The notes under the pieces are model-generated. The model saw nothing but the letters and a program-made list of their open reading frames with translations, did not search any database and had not been told where the DNA came from. From NCBI GenBank assembly GCA_008636045.1, contig SNRW01000037.1, positions 1 through 37,231 of the forward strand: 37,231 nt of DNA, in the 5' to 3' direction. A program made the position numbers and the translations under genes. Below, piece by piece: positions 10,633 through 23,200 of the stretch (position 1 is the stretch's first letter; each line of letters opens with the position of its first letter). This stretch comes from Streblomastix strix. Its lineage: Eukaryota.

Positions 10633-12967
10633 ATGGCAGAAAAAGAGTTTGAATCTGTAGGATGGGTCGGCAATTAGAATATATCAATCAGCCAAACCAG
10701 ATAAATAATCATTGTATTACATCCAACTGAAATAATTGATGATATGTGTGAAGCGTGGAAGAAAAACAGAAAAATTAACAAAATATTATTAGATATTCAA
10801 ACAAATATTTCAGAAAATAATTAGAAATATAATTATTTAACTATTGATGAACATATCAAAGATGCAATCACTCCATTATATAATTATAAAAAACATAATA
10901 ATGGAAAATAAAGTTCAAAAACAGGTTCAGCAGTTGAATTAGGCAAATGTGATGAATAATTATGCGTAATGGATTTTGATATCAAGAAAAAATTATTGGA
11001 TGAAAAAAATAACTGAAATAAGAAATTAAACTATTGAAAATTTAACTACAAACGTTGGATTCATTAAGACAGTATATGGAGGATTACACGCATATTTGGA
11101 TATAGATAGATATCCACTAAAAATTAATTCATAAATCAAAATCATTAAAACTGAAAACTTTGATGTAGACATAATTGCACATATCGATGAAAATTACAGA
11201 CTTGTTGTTCTTCCGAAATCAACATATAAACATTAAGAAAATAATTAAAGAAAAACATTAAAATGTGAGGAATAATTATTAATTGATGGAATTTATCATT
11301 TATAGATACATAATGATGCTTAGAAAGTCGAACGAGAAATAACGTTATTATGAATATCTACAGGATTAAATGGTCTTGCATTTGTGGATGAATTACTTGA
11401 AAATGAAACTAAATAATACATTGATGATGTTTATAACAAAGTTTAACCATAGAATAATTTAACTAATAATGCAATTTAAAATTTGGAGCTCAAAAAATCA
11501 AGATTTTATTCGAAGGTTAATCCTTGGGTGCTATAAAAGATTGTAAAATATCATAATCCATAGTATTACATCGATATTATAAAGCCTTATCTTGCAAAAT
11601 TATTAAAAATCGAATAAATATAAATAAATAAATAATAATTTAATTTAAAAGATAATTTTTCATTATAAGATATATAGAAAATTATTGCAAATAAAGTATA
11701 TAAAAAGATTGACTAAGTAGCTAAAGATTTAACAAGAATATTATATTGTGCTCCATGTGGTGGCTTGGTATTTATAGTGAAATAATACGATGCAATCAAT
11801 GAAAAATATAAAATTTAATACATAAATAAAACAGCAATATATGAACAATTATAGATGATTATTGTATGAAAAGAAAATTAAAAAAAAATTTATAATTAAA
11901 ATAAGTTTGCGAATAATTTAATTCTTTATATATGATGAAGAGTATTAGATTTATTAGTTAAGACCCTGAAATTTTCAGGATATTTTAAGGCTTTAAATAT
12001 TAATAATTGCCTACTGTTGATGATGACCTCATTAACGATTATTTAAATTTAATATATGATACGATAGCAGCAGGTGATGGAAATTTATATAATTACATCG
12101 TTAATTGGATTGCATTTGTTATATATAAAATGTTAGTGTTAAATCAGAGGTGGCATTGATATTGTAAGGCAGTCAAGGTATAAGCAAAAATAGATTCACA
12201 GATGTTTTATGTGAATTATTGGCTGGTTATTCAATTAAAAATATTACAGATATTAGTGAATTTACAGGCCAATTTAATTCAGTCGTTGAAAATGTAATCC
12301 TTAGAATAGCCAATGAACATAAAAACTTTGGGGATGCAAGATATTCGAACATGGATGCATTGACGTCAATTATAACGGATAATCAAATAAGAATAAATGA
12401 AAAAAATTAACCGCGTAGAACATCATAAAATGTAATGAATTTGATAATGGTAACCAATAATGATTTCCTTATGAAGATTGAAGCTAATGATAGGCGTTAT
12501 GTTGTATGTAGATGTAAAGCAGTTCATAGAAACGACGTTGAATATTTCACTACTTTATCAAATGGTTTCACAACTGAATTTTACAATAATTTATTTACTT
12601 ATTTTATGACCAAAAATATATGTAATTGGAATCAAAGAATCATTTCATTGACAGAAGAGAAAAAAATATAATTAGAGCATCACGTTCATAACTCGATGAT
12701 GTAATCTTATAAAATTATAAAGCGTTTAAAGAAGGCATACCTTGCACTATTGCACTATAATTCAATCTATGCGATGCTAAAGAAAAATCATTCTAATTAT
12801 AATTAAAAAATAAATATCAAAGAATATAAAAAACAGTATTAGGAAAACGAATATGGATATACAAATTTAATGAAGATTTAATAAATTTTTATGATTGATT
12901 AAGAGAAGAAGACCAAGACATCGACGAAGATGTAAATGAAGACAACAACGAAGACATTAACATTTGA
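10633..12967 (+). pseudogene. Prim-Pol domain plus superfamily-3 (D5/NrS-1-like) helicase, frameshifted
   Basis: N-terminal KTGSAVELGKCDEQLCVMDFDIK, IKTVYGGLHAY and RLVVLPKS (Prim-Pol-like DxD, TxxGGxH, VVxPxS). C-terminal Walker A ALILQGSQGISKNRF (G>S), Walker B-like LRIANE, RINEKN, motif C NLIMVTNN and Arg finger DRRY. ATG 10633, TGA 12965-12967. Confidence 0.88.
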
Positions 12968-13106
12968 ATAAATTTATTATTTTTCTCAATTATTGGCCAA
13001 TTCATTAAAATCGACACAATCCAATTTATTAATACAATAAAATTCATTGGTTAGCCTATAAAACATCAATAAAATTATGTTCTAAATCCATAGGGTTTCA
13101 TCAATG

Positions 13107-13231
13107 TTTCTCATATATTGGCCAGTTGTCCAGTTGGCTACAGTTTTTTTTATAGAATTATCTGACTCACTTTACCCAATCCACCCAGTCCAGTCAAAAG
13201 TCATTCATTAACCAATCCATTTTCTTGTGTC
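13107..13231 (-). repeat. Iteron-like repeat, copy D (diverged, inverted relative to C)
   Basis: Its reverse complement shares 24 identical nt TGGTTAATGAATGACTTTTGACTG with C. It then has three 9-mers (TGGACTGGG TGGATTGGG TAAAGTGAG), TCAGA, an A-rich spacer and 8-bp-period units. Confidence 0.85.
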
Positions 13232-13259
13232 ATTTACGAATATTTCATTGATGTTTTAT

Positions 13260-14688
13260 GACTCAATCCACCAATTCCTTATCAAACGTTCAATATATTT
13301 TGTTCAATAAGCAATGATTTCATCATTTATTTCTTCAATAAATTTTAGATTTCCATTCATTTTCATCCATAAACTATTCTATTATCTTTCCTATGTAGTT
13401 ATGAGAATATGGAGAGTGTCATACGTACAAAGAATATAACTTAATAATGAACATCATTTACGAACATCACTAATCCAATTCAAAAATCATTATTAGTCAT
13501 GTCATTAATTAATTTAAACCATGTGCTTATTTTTTTTCACTTTAACGAAGTGCAGCTATTTCCATACATTATATTACATCAATATTTATATAACATAATT
13601 TACTTGTTTAAATTATTTAATTTCTTTGATATGGGGAACTTTCCATATTTTCATAACTGTTATAGAATCATTTGTTTGTGAACGCCTGCCTGTAATATAT
13701 CTTAACATTATTAATAGTTTCATCATAGTTATGCTGTCTAGTTCGTTAGTTATACCGTTTCGTGTATCATTCATTAAGAAATTCTTCTATATTAAGATAA
13801 TGATGAATTTGGATAGTTGATTTCTTCAAATTTTCAATTGTAGTTTCTAATTTATTATTAAACACAATCTTCGAATCTTTATTGAATTTAATAAATATTC
13901 ATTTTAAACAATATTATCAATATAAAGTTCTAAATATGTGTTTTTGAAATAATTTTTCTATCGCTAAAGATTTATTTAGTATCTCGAATGATTTCAGTTA
14001 CTCATGAAACATAAATTTTTTCTTACTCCAACTCTTTCAAGTTAAATACTTTTTTCAAATAGCGTTTTGATTGTTCGATAACCACTCTAACTATATTCAA
14101 CAACTACTTTGTAGAAAATAACATCAGATATATCAGATTCTACTTATTAAAATTATACAATTTATTTAATTAAGTTATCAATCTCTTAATATATCTTAAT
14201 TACAAATAATATTTCTATTTCATTATTGTATGTTTTATTAGAAAGTATGCGTTTAAATATTTTTTGTGAATTACTGATTTAATTTTTGTATATATTAACA
14301 GAATTATCAACGAATTCAGAAATGTTACTAATAAATCAACTTATTTTTTAATTTTCAACTTTATTTACGAATTCTTTCATAATAGTTTGATATAATCTTT
14401 TTTAGTAGAATGTTTTATGAATTGAAAACTTTTTGCAACATTAAAAATGGAATTAAAATTTTTAATTTAACTAATTTTGAAATCATTAGAATACCCATCA
14501 ATTGAACATTAACCAAATTCATTAAATAACGAATCTAAACATTTTGATACTGATAAATATTATTTGTTAGGTTCAGTACAGTTAGGTTGATGATGATTTT
14601 TGATATGTACTTTTATATAGTTACAATAAATATATTCTATATAATATTAATGTAAATAAATTAAAATTTGGGATAAATTGAGGAACAT
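13260..14688 (-). pseudogene. AEP primase-like gene, degenerate paralogue of the gene at 1-342
   Basis: QYLSVSKCLDSLFNEFGQCSIDGYSND (~14485-14560) aligns with QYNLTLQWLNSLIPEFGQYSFNGYSNN. It is followed by frameshifted KFSIH (motif II SxH) and EFVDNSV...QKIFKRILSNK (motif III-like). The motif I segment appears deleted and the ends are approximate. Confidence 0.65.
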
Positions 14689-14986
14689 ATTGATTTTTTC
14701 CCCTATTTTTGAGATAGCGTTTTCTATGTAATAAGGATTATAATAATTATATATAATGTTATATATTATTTCTATCAATAGTGAATATATAAAAACATTA
14801 ATGAATATCGATATTTATTGTATGTGTGTGGCATATCATCGCTTGGAAAAATAATAAAATAAATATAATCAAATAAAAAAATCTTGATAATTTCTTATTT
14901 TATTTCATAAATTACAGCTATAAATATATAAATATATTATCAAAATATAAAGTACAAACTATTTCAATTGAAATAAAACTATTCAT

Positions 14987-16391
14987 TCACTCTAGTTCAA
15001 TGTCAATGGAATTATACAGGCTGTTGAACTCAATTTCGTTAACAAAGCCAAACAGTGTTGGTTTCCGCCCTCGCTTTTTAGGTTATGGCTCGATTTACTC
15101 ATATTTTATGATATCTCTCCTCGTTGCTATCAAATGATGAAAAAAACCAGATATTACATGTGCTTCCGCTCTCATTGTTCCAGGTTTTTGTATCAGTTCC
15201 GATCTCGAAAGTGATGTTCTGGAGTTAAGAAAAGTTGTAGCCGCTCCGTAAGCGTCAATTGCATGTCTTATTATATCGTGCAATGGCAGATCACCTTGAA
15301 TATCCCGCGTTTTATTTATTTATCCCTTTAAAGTTCCGAATGAAACCACGTCAAGCACTTGCAAAAATTTTGACGAATGAAGTGGGATAGTTCTCAATTT
15401 TATGTTATTATTTGCTAGAAATTGGCGTGTATATTCAACACAATGTGTTGAATGGTTGTCACAAAGTAGAACTCCAGGCTTGTGAGAAGTACCAAGGCGT
15501 TCTTTGGCTGCATCAATAGCGGGCACGAATCTGTCGCCAAGCCACCCTTCCCATACTGGAATTGTGATGTATGATTTTGCGGTATATGTAAAATCAGCAT
15601 ATATACCTGCAGTTACGTCCGATGGTATCCATTTGTCGTCCCATTGAGTTCCTTTCAAAATGAGTAAAGGTGGAATGGATTCGCAGCTTAGTGAAATCGC
15701 ACCCAACAATGACATTTTAGGTTCGTTTCTGTTTATTGGTATATTCACGTCAGTTGCATCATCTTAGCGTCTAACTACAACGTTTTTACTCCTTGCATCC
15801 ACGAAAAATTGAATCCCGCTTTCGTTAATGCAATAAATTACATCATGAGGCAGGCCAACAACTTCCTATTCTAAGGTATCCTCTTATTTTCTTACATCAA
15901 CTTCTTTAACATTTACTCTACCATTTTCAATAGGTTTTGCATCGGTAGATTCTAAGATATCCGAATTTCTATCCACTAAGCGGCGAACGACCCCATCTGA
16001 TGGCGATTTACCATTTATATCTTCAATGACTTCCTTCATCTTTACATGACTCATTAGTTGTCGCTCATCGCTTTTCTTAAGAATGGTTTGTACGAGTTAT
16101 TTTTCTTAATCATTTGTCAAAATTTTATTTTCTTTATTCTCAACTTTTTCATAATGGATGCCGTGCCTCAATTACGAAATGTGCGGTTGTGTACATTCAC
16201 AGAATGTGGCCATATGGGTAGGTGAAATCATTTCTAATCCAAATTAATTTGTGTAGGAATCTAGTTCTGCTACAAAATCGTCGATCTTTTCAGGTTCCGC
16301 ATCAATAATATCTCTTTAAAAACTTCTCAAATTTCTTCAATCTCAACCCTCTGCCTGAAGAAAATTCTATAAGTTCGTGTGTTGCATCCAT
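14987..16391 (-). mobile_element. pogo/Fot1-like (DDE_1) DNA transposase pseudogene, DD35D spacing
   Basis: With TAR=Gln the two track ORFs join into one frame: HTH-like N-terminus, IYCINESG (first catalytic D>N), IPPLLILKG, VLLCDNHSTH, IPLHSSKFLQVLD (35 aa between D2 and D3) and a basic tail PKKRGRKP. TGA at 14987-14989, frameshift near the 5' end. TIRs not resolved. Confidence 0.9.
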
Positions 16392-19300
16392 GGTGTTTAT
16401 GGTAAGTCAAAGTCCATGAGCAATTGGCAAGAAATGTATGGGACAAAATTTTTTTTTGGATTTATAGTATTTTTTAATTTGATATTATTTTGACAATTAT
16501 TAATGTCATATGTTTCATTGTTTTATTATATTAATATTCAAACAATATATATTAATATTTTATAATATATAATACTTAGATGAGGTTACATAGGCTTTGG
16601 CGCAAGACCAAAATAACTGCATTCTTCACATCATATTTAAGGATTGTTTGAGTCTCACTGTACACATATATATATGTATTATATGTCTATGTTTTAATTT
16701 TCATGTTATTATTATTATATGTAATAAATAAATTTAGTATGATTAAACATAATAGAATAATGATTTTTATTATCTAAACAATAAATAAGTTTATTAGTAA
16801 TTATCGATATATGAACCTAACTGTAAAATCTTAATCAAAATAAGGATGAAAATATTTATCAAGAAAGAAATATTTATTTAATGCATCGCTATTAAATTTA
16901 AACTAATAAATTTTAGATGAGTCATATGATCAACTTGTATTAAGTAGAATAACGATAAATTGGTATAATTTTACTCAGAATTTTATACAGTTATTTTGAT
17001 GATTGTTTTTTATGAATTTGTTGTTGTAGATAAAAAATTGGAATCATTGATTAAACAAACAAGAAATCTTTATCCAGTCACTAGTTTGAAAAATGCGACC
17101 GATAAACAGGAAAGTTAACAGCAAGTTTTTTAGGAGTTTAAAATCGGCACTGTTTGCGAATTTTTTAGAAACTCAATTTTATAAATTTTTTCCAAAAAAA
17201 AAAATTATATCGTTTTTTCACATTATTTCTCAGTATTCATAGTGACAAATTATTTATTATGCATCATTTGATGTTATCTTCATGACGCACTCATTAATAT
17301 TGACATTTTTGTTGAAATTCAAGTCAATCCGACAACTTTTATAATTACTCTATTTTTGTGTCTTTGATTGCTTATTATAAGAAGGTTAAAAAAATTTAAT
17401 ATTAAAAATTTAAATTTTTATAAATTATTGATTCTTTCGATTTTCAAAATTTAGATTATATAATGAATATGGATTTTAAAAATCATATTTAAATTCATAT
17501 CTAAAACTGTTGCTAGGTTCTGAATTCATAAAATAAAACAGATTAGTTTTTTGCATTTGAGAAAAAATACACTTCGCCAAAAAAACAAAAATAGTGGCAG
17601 ACAAATAAAAACAGCGAGTTCAATAATGTTTTTGTAAACAACATAAATTTCACAATTATGCAAATGATTTATAACTACTGATCATAGGTCTACTTCATAA
17701 AACAGTGATTAAAGATACTAAAATTTTTTTTGATTGTAAGCAACATATTTGACATTTATTTGAATAATAAGCTAAATTTCCAATGAAGATTGTACCTTAT
17801 GCAGCGTCGTAGATCTGAGATTTATATATTAAAATTTTTGTTAATTCATAAAAAGAGTTAATTCGTTACGATTTATCCATATACATCTTCAAGTAACATC
17901 AATTATCATCAATCATCATTAATCGTAAACATTCATCATCAAACATCTTCAATTAACTTTTATTTTACCAATATTGATAATCCTTCATAATTTATTTAAA
18001 TTTTAATTACCAAAAATTGCGCTATTGTGTCAATTTAGACTAGCCAAAAAATTCATTTACTAACTTTTCTGTCAGTTTATTTGTCGTTTTTTTCATATGT
18101 ATCATTGAAAAATGATTTTTAGGTCATTTTGTATTGATATATTAGCACTACCTTAAATTTTAAGAAAAAACATACTTGAATATGCATTTATCAATACATT
18201 AGATTATTGAAATTTCTCTTCGTTAATCGAATAAAATTATATGAAAATCATTGTAACTCCAGGTAGACCCAAAAAATCTTAATATATAAAATAATTAAAG
18301 AAGTCTTATGAATCTATGCAAATATTAAAATAATTTCTTTCACAGCAAAATCTCTGCATGAAAATAAATAAAAGATAATTTTATCGGATTAGAAAACATA
18401 CATATTTTCAAAAATTGTAGTCACCATCAAATTATTTCAATTATTTTTTTATCGCTTTTTTCATTCTGTACGTTAAATTCTTCATTAATTTCACGATCAA
18501 ATATTCTTATATAATTATTAAAATCTATATCAATATCCATAAACAAATCTAAAGTCACTTTATATAATACTTATATTTTATTATTTTAAACTTTTTTGTT
18601 GAAAAATTATAAACTTAAATCAATTTAGATTAATTTCAATAATAATCTAATCTGAAAAGCGTTGATTTTTATTGCACTTATCAAAATATTAATTTTATAG
18701 CCATTAATTATCATATTTACATATTATGATAATATTTCTTGCTTCAACTGTTAGATTTGAACAATCAGTTGTGAAGTTAAAAAAAACTATCAAAAGCCTT
18801 GCTAATACTAAGAATATTAGTTATTCACAACAACTGCTCTAATAAATGGTCCAAATATCGCAAAACAATATTTAATATCATTGTTCATATTAATTATATT
18901 CATATTTCAAGGATATTGTTTAATTTGATCATCTAAAAAAATCTTTCCATCAATTCATATATATTTATTAATCAAAGTACATAATGAATTATTTTATATT
19001 TATATATTTATTTTGCGTTTTTCAATTAAAATATCAATTCAAAATCAATAAATTTAGACAAATCATAATTTTAATCAATTTTCTAGATAGTTTCTTTCAT
19101 TATTACCAAGATTTTAAAATTGTTAACTTTATAATTTTCAAAAATAGACAAACGATATTCGTTTTCAATGTCGCAGCATCCATTTTTTTAACCACATTAG
19201 TAATTGAAAATATCAGATAATTTATTTTATCAGCTAAACTTTACTACAAGAGTAATAATCTTAAAAAATAATAATTTTTTTTGCTTAAAAGTTAATTTTT

Positions 19301-19446
19301 TTCTAATTAAATTAAAAGTAAAAAGAAAATGAATTATTTCTAATTGAAGTTCATATAAATATTATTTGAACAAATATTATGTATATGTTCTTAAATATTA
19401 CTTGCAATTTAACCAAAAATCCCCATTTCAGAATTTTCCGGAAAAA

Positions 19447-19807
19447 ATGGTAAGTTGACTGATTCTTTAATTATTAATATTGTAAAAAACAGGGCTAATG
19501 CTAAAATATTAACCCATTTATACATTCAAATAATATTTATATCAAGTGCATCAATGCAATTTTCAACTTATTTTTTTACATTTTTTAGGAGACGGCAGCG
19601 GCACAACAGTAAGCTCAACAGCAAGTTAAAAATGCAAGAATCACAAAAATAATTGGGCGAACAGGTTCTCGTGGAGGAATCACATAAGTACGCTGTGAGA
19701 TAATAGGGGACGGTAGACCAATCGTCCGGAACGTCATGGGCCCCGTACGCCTCAACGATGTCATTACGCTTATGGAATCAGAGAGAGAAGCTCGACGTCT
19801 CCGTTGA
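19447..19807 (+). CDS. RPS28: 40S ribosomal protein S28 (eS28); intron 19450-19588 directly after the ATG
   Basis: ATG|gtaagt...ttttag|[75 protein letters not shown]. The conserved Gln of TQVR is TAA (19685-19687). Confidence 0.98.
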
Positions 19808-20252
19808 ACATACCACCTCATCAACCGCATACCGTAAATGAGCTTACGAAGCATGACACTGGATCACTAAAAAATAAAATCACTGATTCTCAACGTTGCT
19901 TGTAGATATTGTTGATCGATATATTTTATTGTATGTAACATAGGTAAACAAAGCATTTTTTACATTTGAATATTTTCTCAGTTGAGTTACCGTTCGATAC
20001 ACGAACTTTAGAAGATTGGAAAAATTTCTATCAAATTTCTTGAACTAGCCATTATTATCCACAATTAAGACACTTATAATAATATGTAAGTAATTTGAAG
20101 CGACTCAAAAATATATTAATAAGGAAAATGCCCAGATATTTCATTTCATATTTTAATGCTAAATTTTCGATATAGGTTTTGCTCAATAGAATTGGCATTA
20201 TTTATTGTTAGCAGTACATCATATTGTGAAAATTAATAATTTTTTATCATCC

Positions 20253-23200
20253 ATGAGTAATTAAAGTACTTAGTATGATTTTTCTATCTTCTGCAACAAT
20301 TTTAATTTTTTTATCTTTGTATTGTTTATATCTTGGGAAATTAAAAAAATTAATTTTTAATCATTATTAGAGTTGATTCTTCGAACAAAAATGTAAAAAA
20401 GAGAATTACACCTGTACTGATTCATTCACAGGTACAAGTGTAAAAGCCGCCAAAAGTTCCAGAAGATGAATCTGAATTAATGCCACCACCAAAAACAAGA
20501 ATATTAAATTCTGAACAAATATCAATCAAACAACAACAAAATTTAGTATAAAAGCCCAAGCCAGTCATACATCGTCTTATTCCACACAAACCTACAAACC
20601 AGAAATAGCTAACACTTTCAATTTTTCTATAAAAGTAAACATAAACATAAACAATATCACAGTAATTAACTTAGCAAAAGTGGTAAGTTTAACTTCTTAG
20701 TAACCTCGGATATTCAGATAAGCCAATATCGCATTTTCGATAGTGGGTACCGCAATAAGGGACAATAAAACTTGCCGTTGCATGTCCATATGTGTTCACC
20801 AGCAGAGGTATTATTGCATCATCGGTAGAATATGCTGATAAATCTGTTCAAGAAATATCTTAACAGTCATCTTCATCCATTCCATTCAATGATTTGAATC
20901 AGTAAAGGGAGAGAAAAAAAGAAAAGAAATAATTATTTATTAGAGAAAGTCGAAACTAATCAAAATAATATATTCAATAATATTATAATACAATTAAAGT
21001 AGAAGAGTAAGAAAAAGAGGATGAGAAAGAATGTAAAGTAATAGAAGATGACATACCTGGTCTATTTCATATGACTGCAATTATGTAAAGATCGCCTCCT
21101 ACAAATTATGACAAATATAATAAATGCTTGTAATGTACAACTGGATTTTTATCATAATTTAGACAAGAAGCTGAATAATCAAAATTAAATGAAAATTTGA
21201 GTGATGATTAGAATATTGACTTAATTAATTAGCATTAGTGCATATCATCATAGTTTTAATATATTATCAAATTGTTATTGAATCATTCTTTACATTCTTC
21301 ATCAACATAATCAACAATACCACAAATATCATATCTCAACATTCTTGATATTATTTAAAAGAAATTAAATTCTGCTTCATGGGGATGTTTAGTTGATCCA
21401 ATATTCGTGGCCCCTGCAATGCTTAGAATTAAAAATACAATAATTTAGAATGAAGGAAAATAAAGTTTGAATGAAGACTCATAACCAAAATTAACAATAA
21501 ATGTTGCATTTGGTGAAGAATAAATTGGATTTGGAGGAGGATTAAATGATATATTGAATAACTAATAACTGACTAATACTGCATTAAGAGAATAATAATC
21601 TAATGAAAATGTGTTACCAGTATAATCTGGTAATAATTCAGATTCTGATGAAGATCCTTCATAATGCTCCATACCACATTTCAAATTGAGAAGATTGAGA
21701 AGAATTGAAAGAAGAAAAAGAAATATTGAAGATGAAGATGATTATGAAAAGATTAATGAATTGAATAATAATGAACACAAATAAAGATCTCATTCAATTA
21801 ACAATGAAATTAACTCACATATTAAATCTCTTCTTGGTCTTTAGTTTCGAATGTCACTTCTTGGGAAACGAGGTTCTGAAGATGTTGAAGTTTCAAATGA
21901 TGAATTTATCTCTTGGAATAATATGCCAAATATAAATAGCAAGAAAGGATATTGCGATATTTTCACATCAACAAATTAATAACAGTCTTAATCACAAACT
22001 TAAAATTCATTTTCTGTATCAGGTTCTGATAATTCTGATAATTCTCACTTCATATTTATTTAGAATGAAACATCTGAAATTCCATCATACTTGGGAGCAA
22101 TGATAAAAAGAAGTAAATTTATTTCAGGTATTAATCCTCTAATAGAAGACAGTTCAATAGATTATGATGTAGATAGTTCAGATGAAATGGATATAGAAGA
22201 AGATTCATTTGATCTTATTCAGAGATTGAGAGATGATGAAGTATAAGAATAAATAAGAGAGAAAGAAAGATAGAAAGATAATGGATAAGATGTAGAGGAT
22301 ATTGATGAAGAAGGAGCTGATGAATAAGATCAATAGGATGATAAGAAGGAAGAAGAAGAATTGGATATTGAAAGTGAAAAGGAAGATGAAGAGGGAATAT
22401 TAATGAATAATGATATGAATAAAGATATAGAAATAGATATAGATTAAAATGAGAATGAGAATGAAAAGAAAAAGGAAGAGAAATAAGATAATATAAATAC
22501 AAAGATTCATGATTAATTATTTCATGAATTGCAAATACCTCTTTTTGATAAATATTTTAATGATAAGATAATAAATGAAGATTCAACAAATACTATTAAA
22601 TAAGTATTCTATATATATTAATAGAGTTCTGGTATAGATGCAAATTAAATATAAGATTAAGAAGAATTAAATGAAGGAGAAATGGATATTAACATTAATA
22701 AAGTGAAAAGGAAAAGAGAGAATATTATTAGTGATACAATTCCAGAAGAAGAAGAAGATGGAAAAGGAAACAAAAGAAGAAGAATAAATGTGGATGAAGA
22801 AGATTATATGAATATTAATATGAACAAATAATAAGACTAAGAACAATAATAATTGAATTAAATGATAAAGATTGATTAATCTATGAAAGGGTTGTATTTA
22901 TTTTATGATGATGAAGATTAAAGTGAAGAATAAATTAATGAAAGAAGAATAGAAACTGAAATTGAATAAATTAAACTTGAATTAGATTAGAAAACACAAA
23001 ATGATCAGAAACAAATGGAGTAATTAAAGGATAATGAAATTGAGAAAGAATAATTGAAGATTATTGAGAAAGATAAAACATAAGAACCAGTCTTAGTGAA
23101 AATGTTCAAATAAAGATAAGATAAGATTAAATAATCAGAGAAAGAATAATTGGAGAAGTAAATAAAAGAATAGAAAAATCAGAAATTAAATGATTTGATT

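Larger units (their letters stand above)
4341..14690. mobile_element. Endogenous Polinton-like virus, right copy (partial): structural and replication modules
   Basis: Tightly packed intronless genes, unlike the host genes: putative capsid, amphipathic protein, fibre-like repeat protein, primase-helicase and AEP primase. They share an upstream motif and most carry frameshifts or stops. No integrase or packaging ATPase is visible in the window. Confidence 0.75.

Noticed and set aside
1..14690. Retroviral-type integrase, packaging ATPase or adenain protease of the Polinton
   Set aside because: No matching motifs found in the window. The only DDE enzyme seen is the separate pogo transposase.
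14700..16620. Possible TIRs of the pogo element (TATTTT...CTATGTAA at ~14700-14732 versus TTACATAG...AAAATA at ~16585-16615)
   Set aside because: Only an 8-bp core and a short A-tract match, with no clear TA duplication. Too weak to call.
16620..19400. Degenerate coding-like fragments (PGRPKK at ~18260, CFCKQH at ~17620) and the 18984-19220 ORF
   Set aside because: No continuous frame or diagnostic motif set under either code. Probably old TE debris but not assignable by eye.
19455..19854. Track ORFs 19455-19652 (+) and 19615-19854 (-)
   Set aside because: Off-frame and antisense overlaps of the spliced RPS28 gene.
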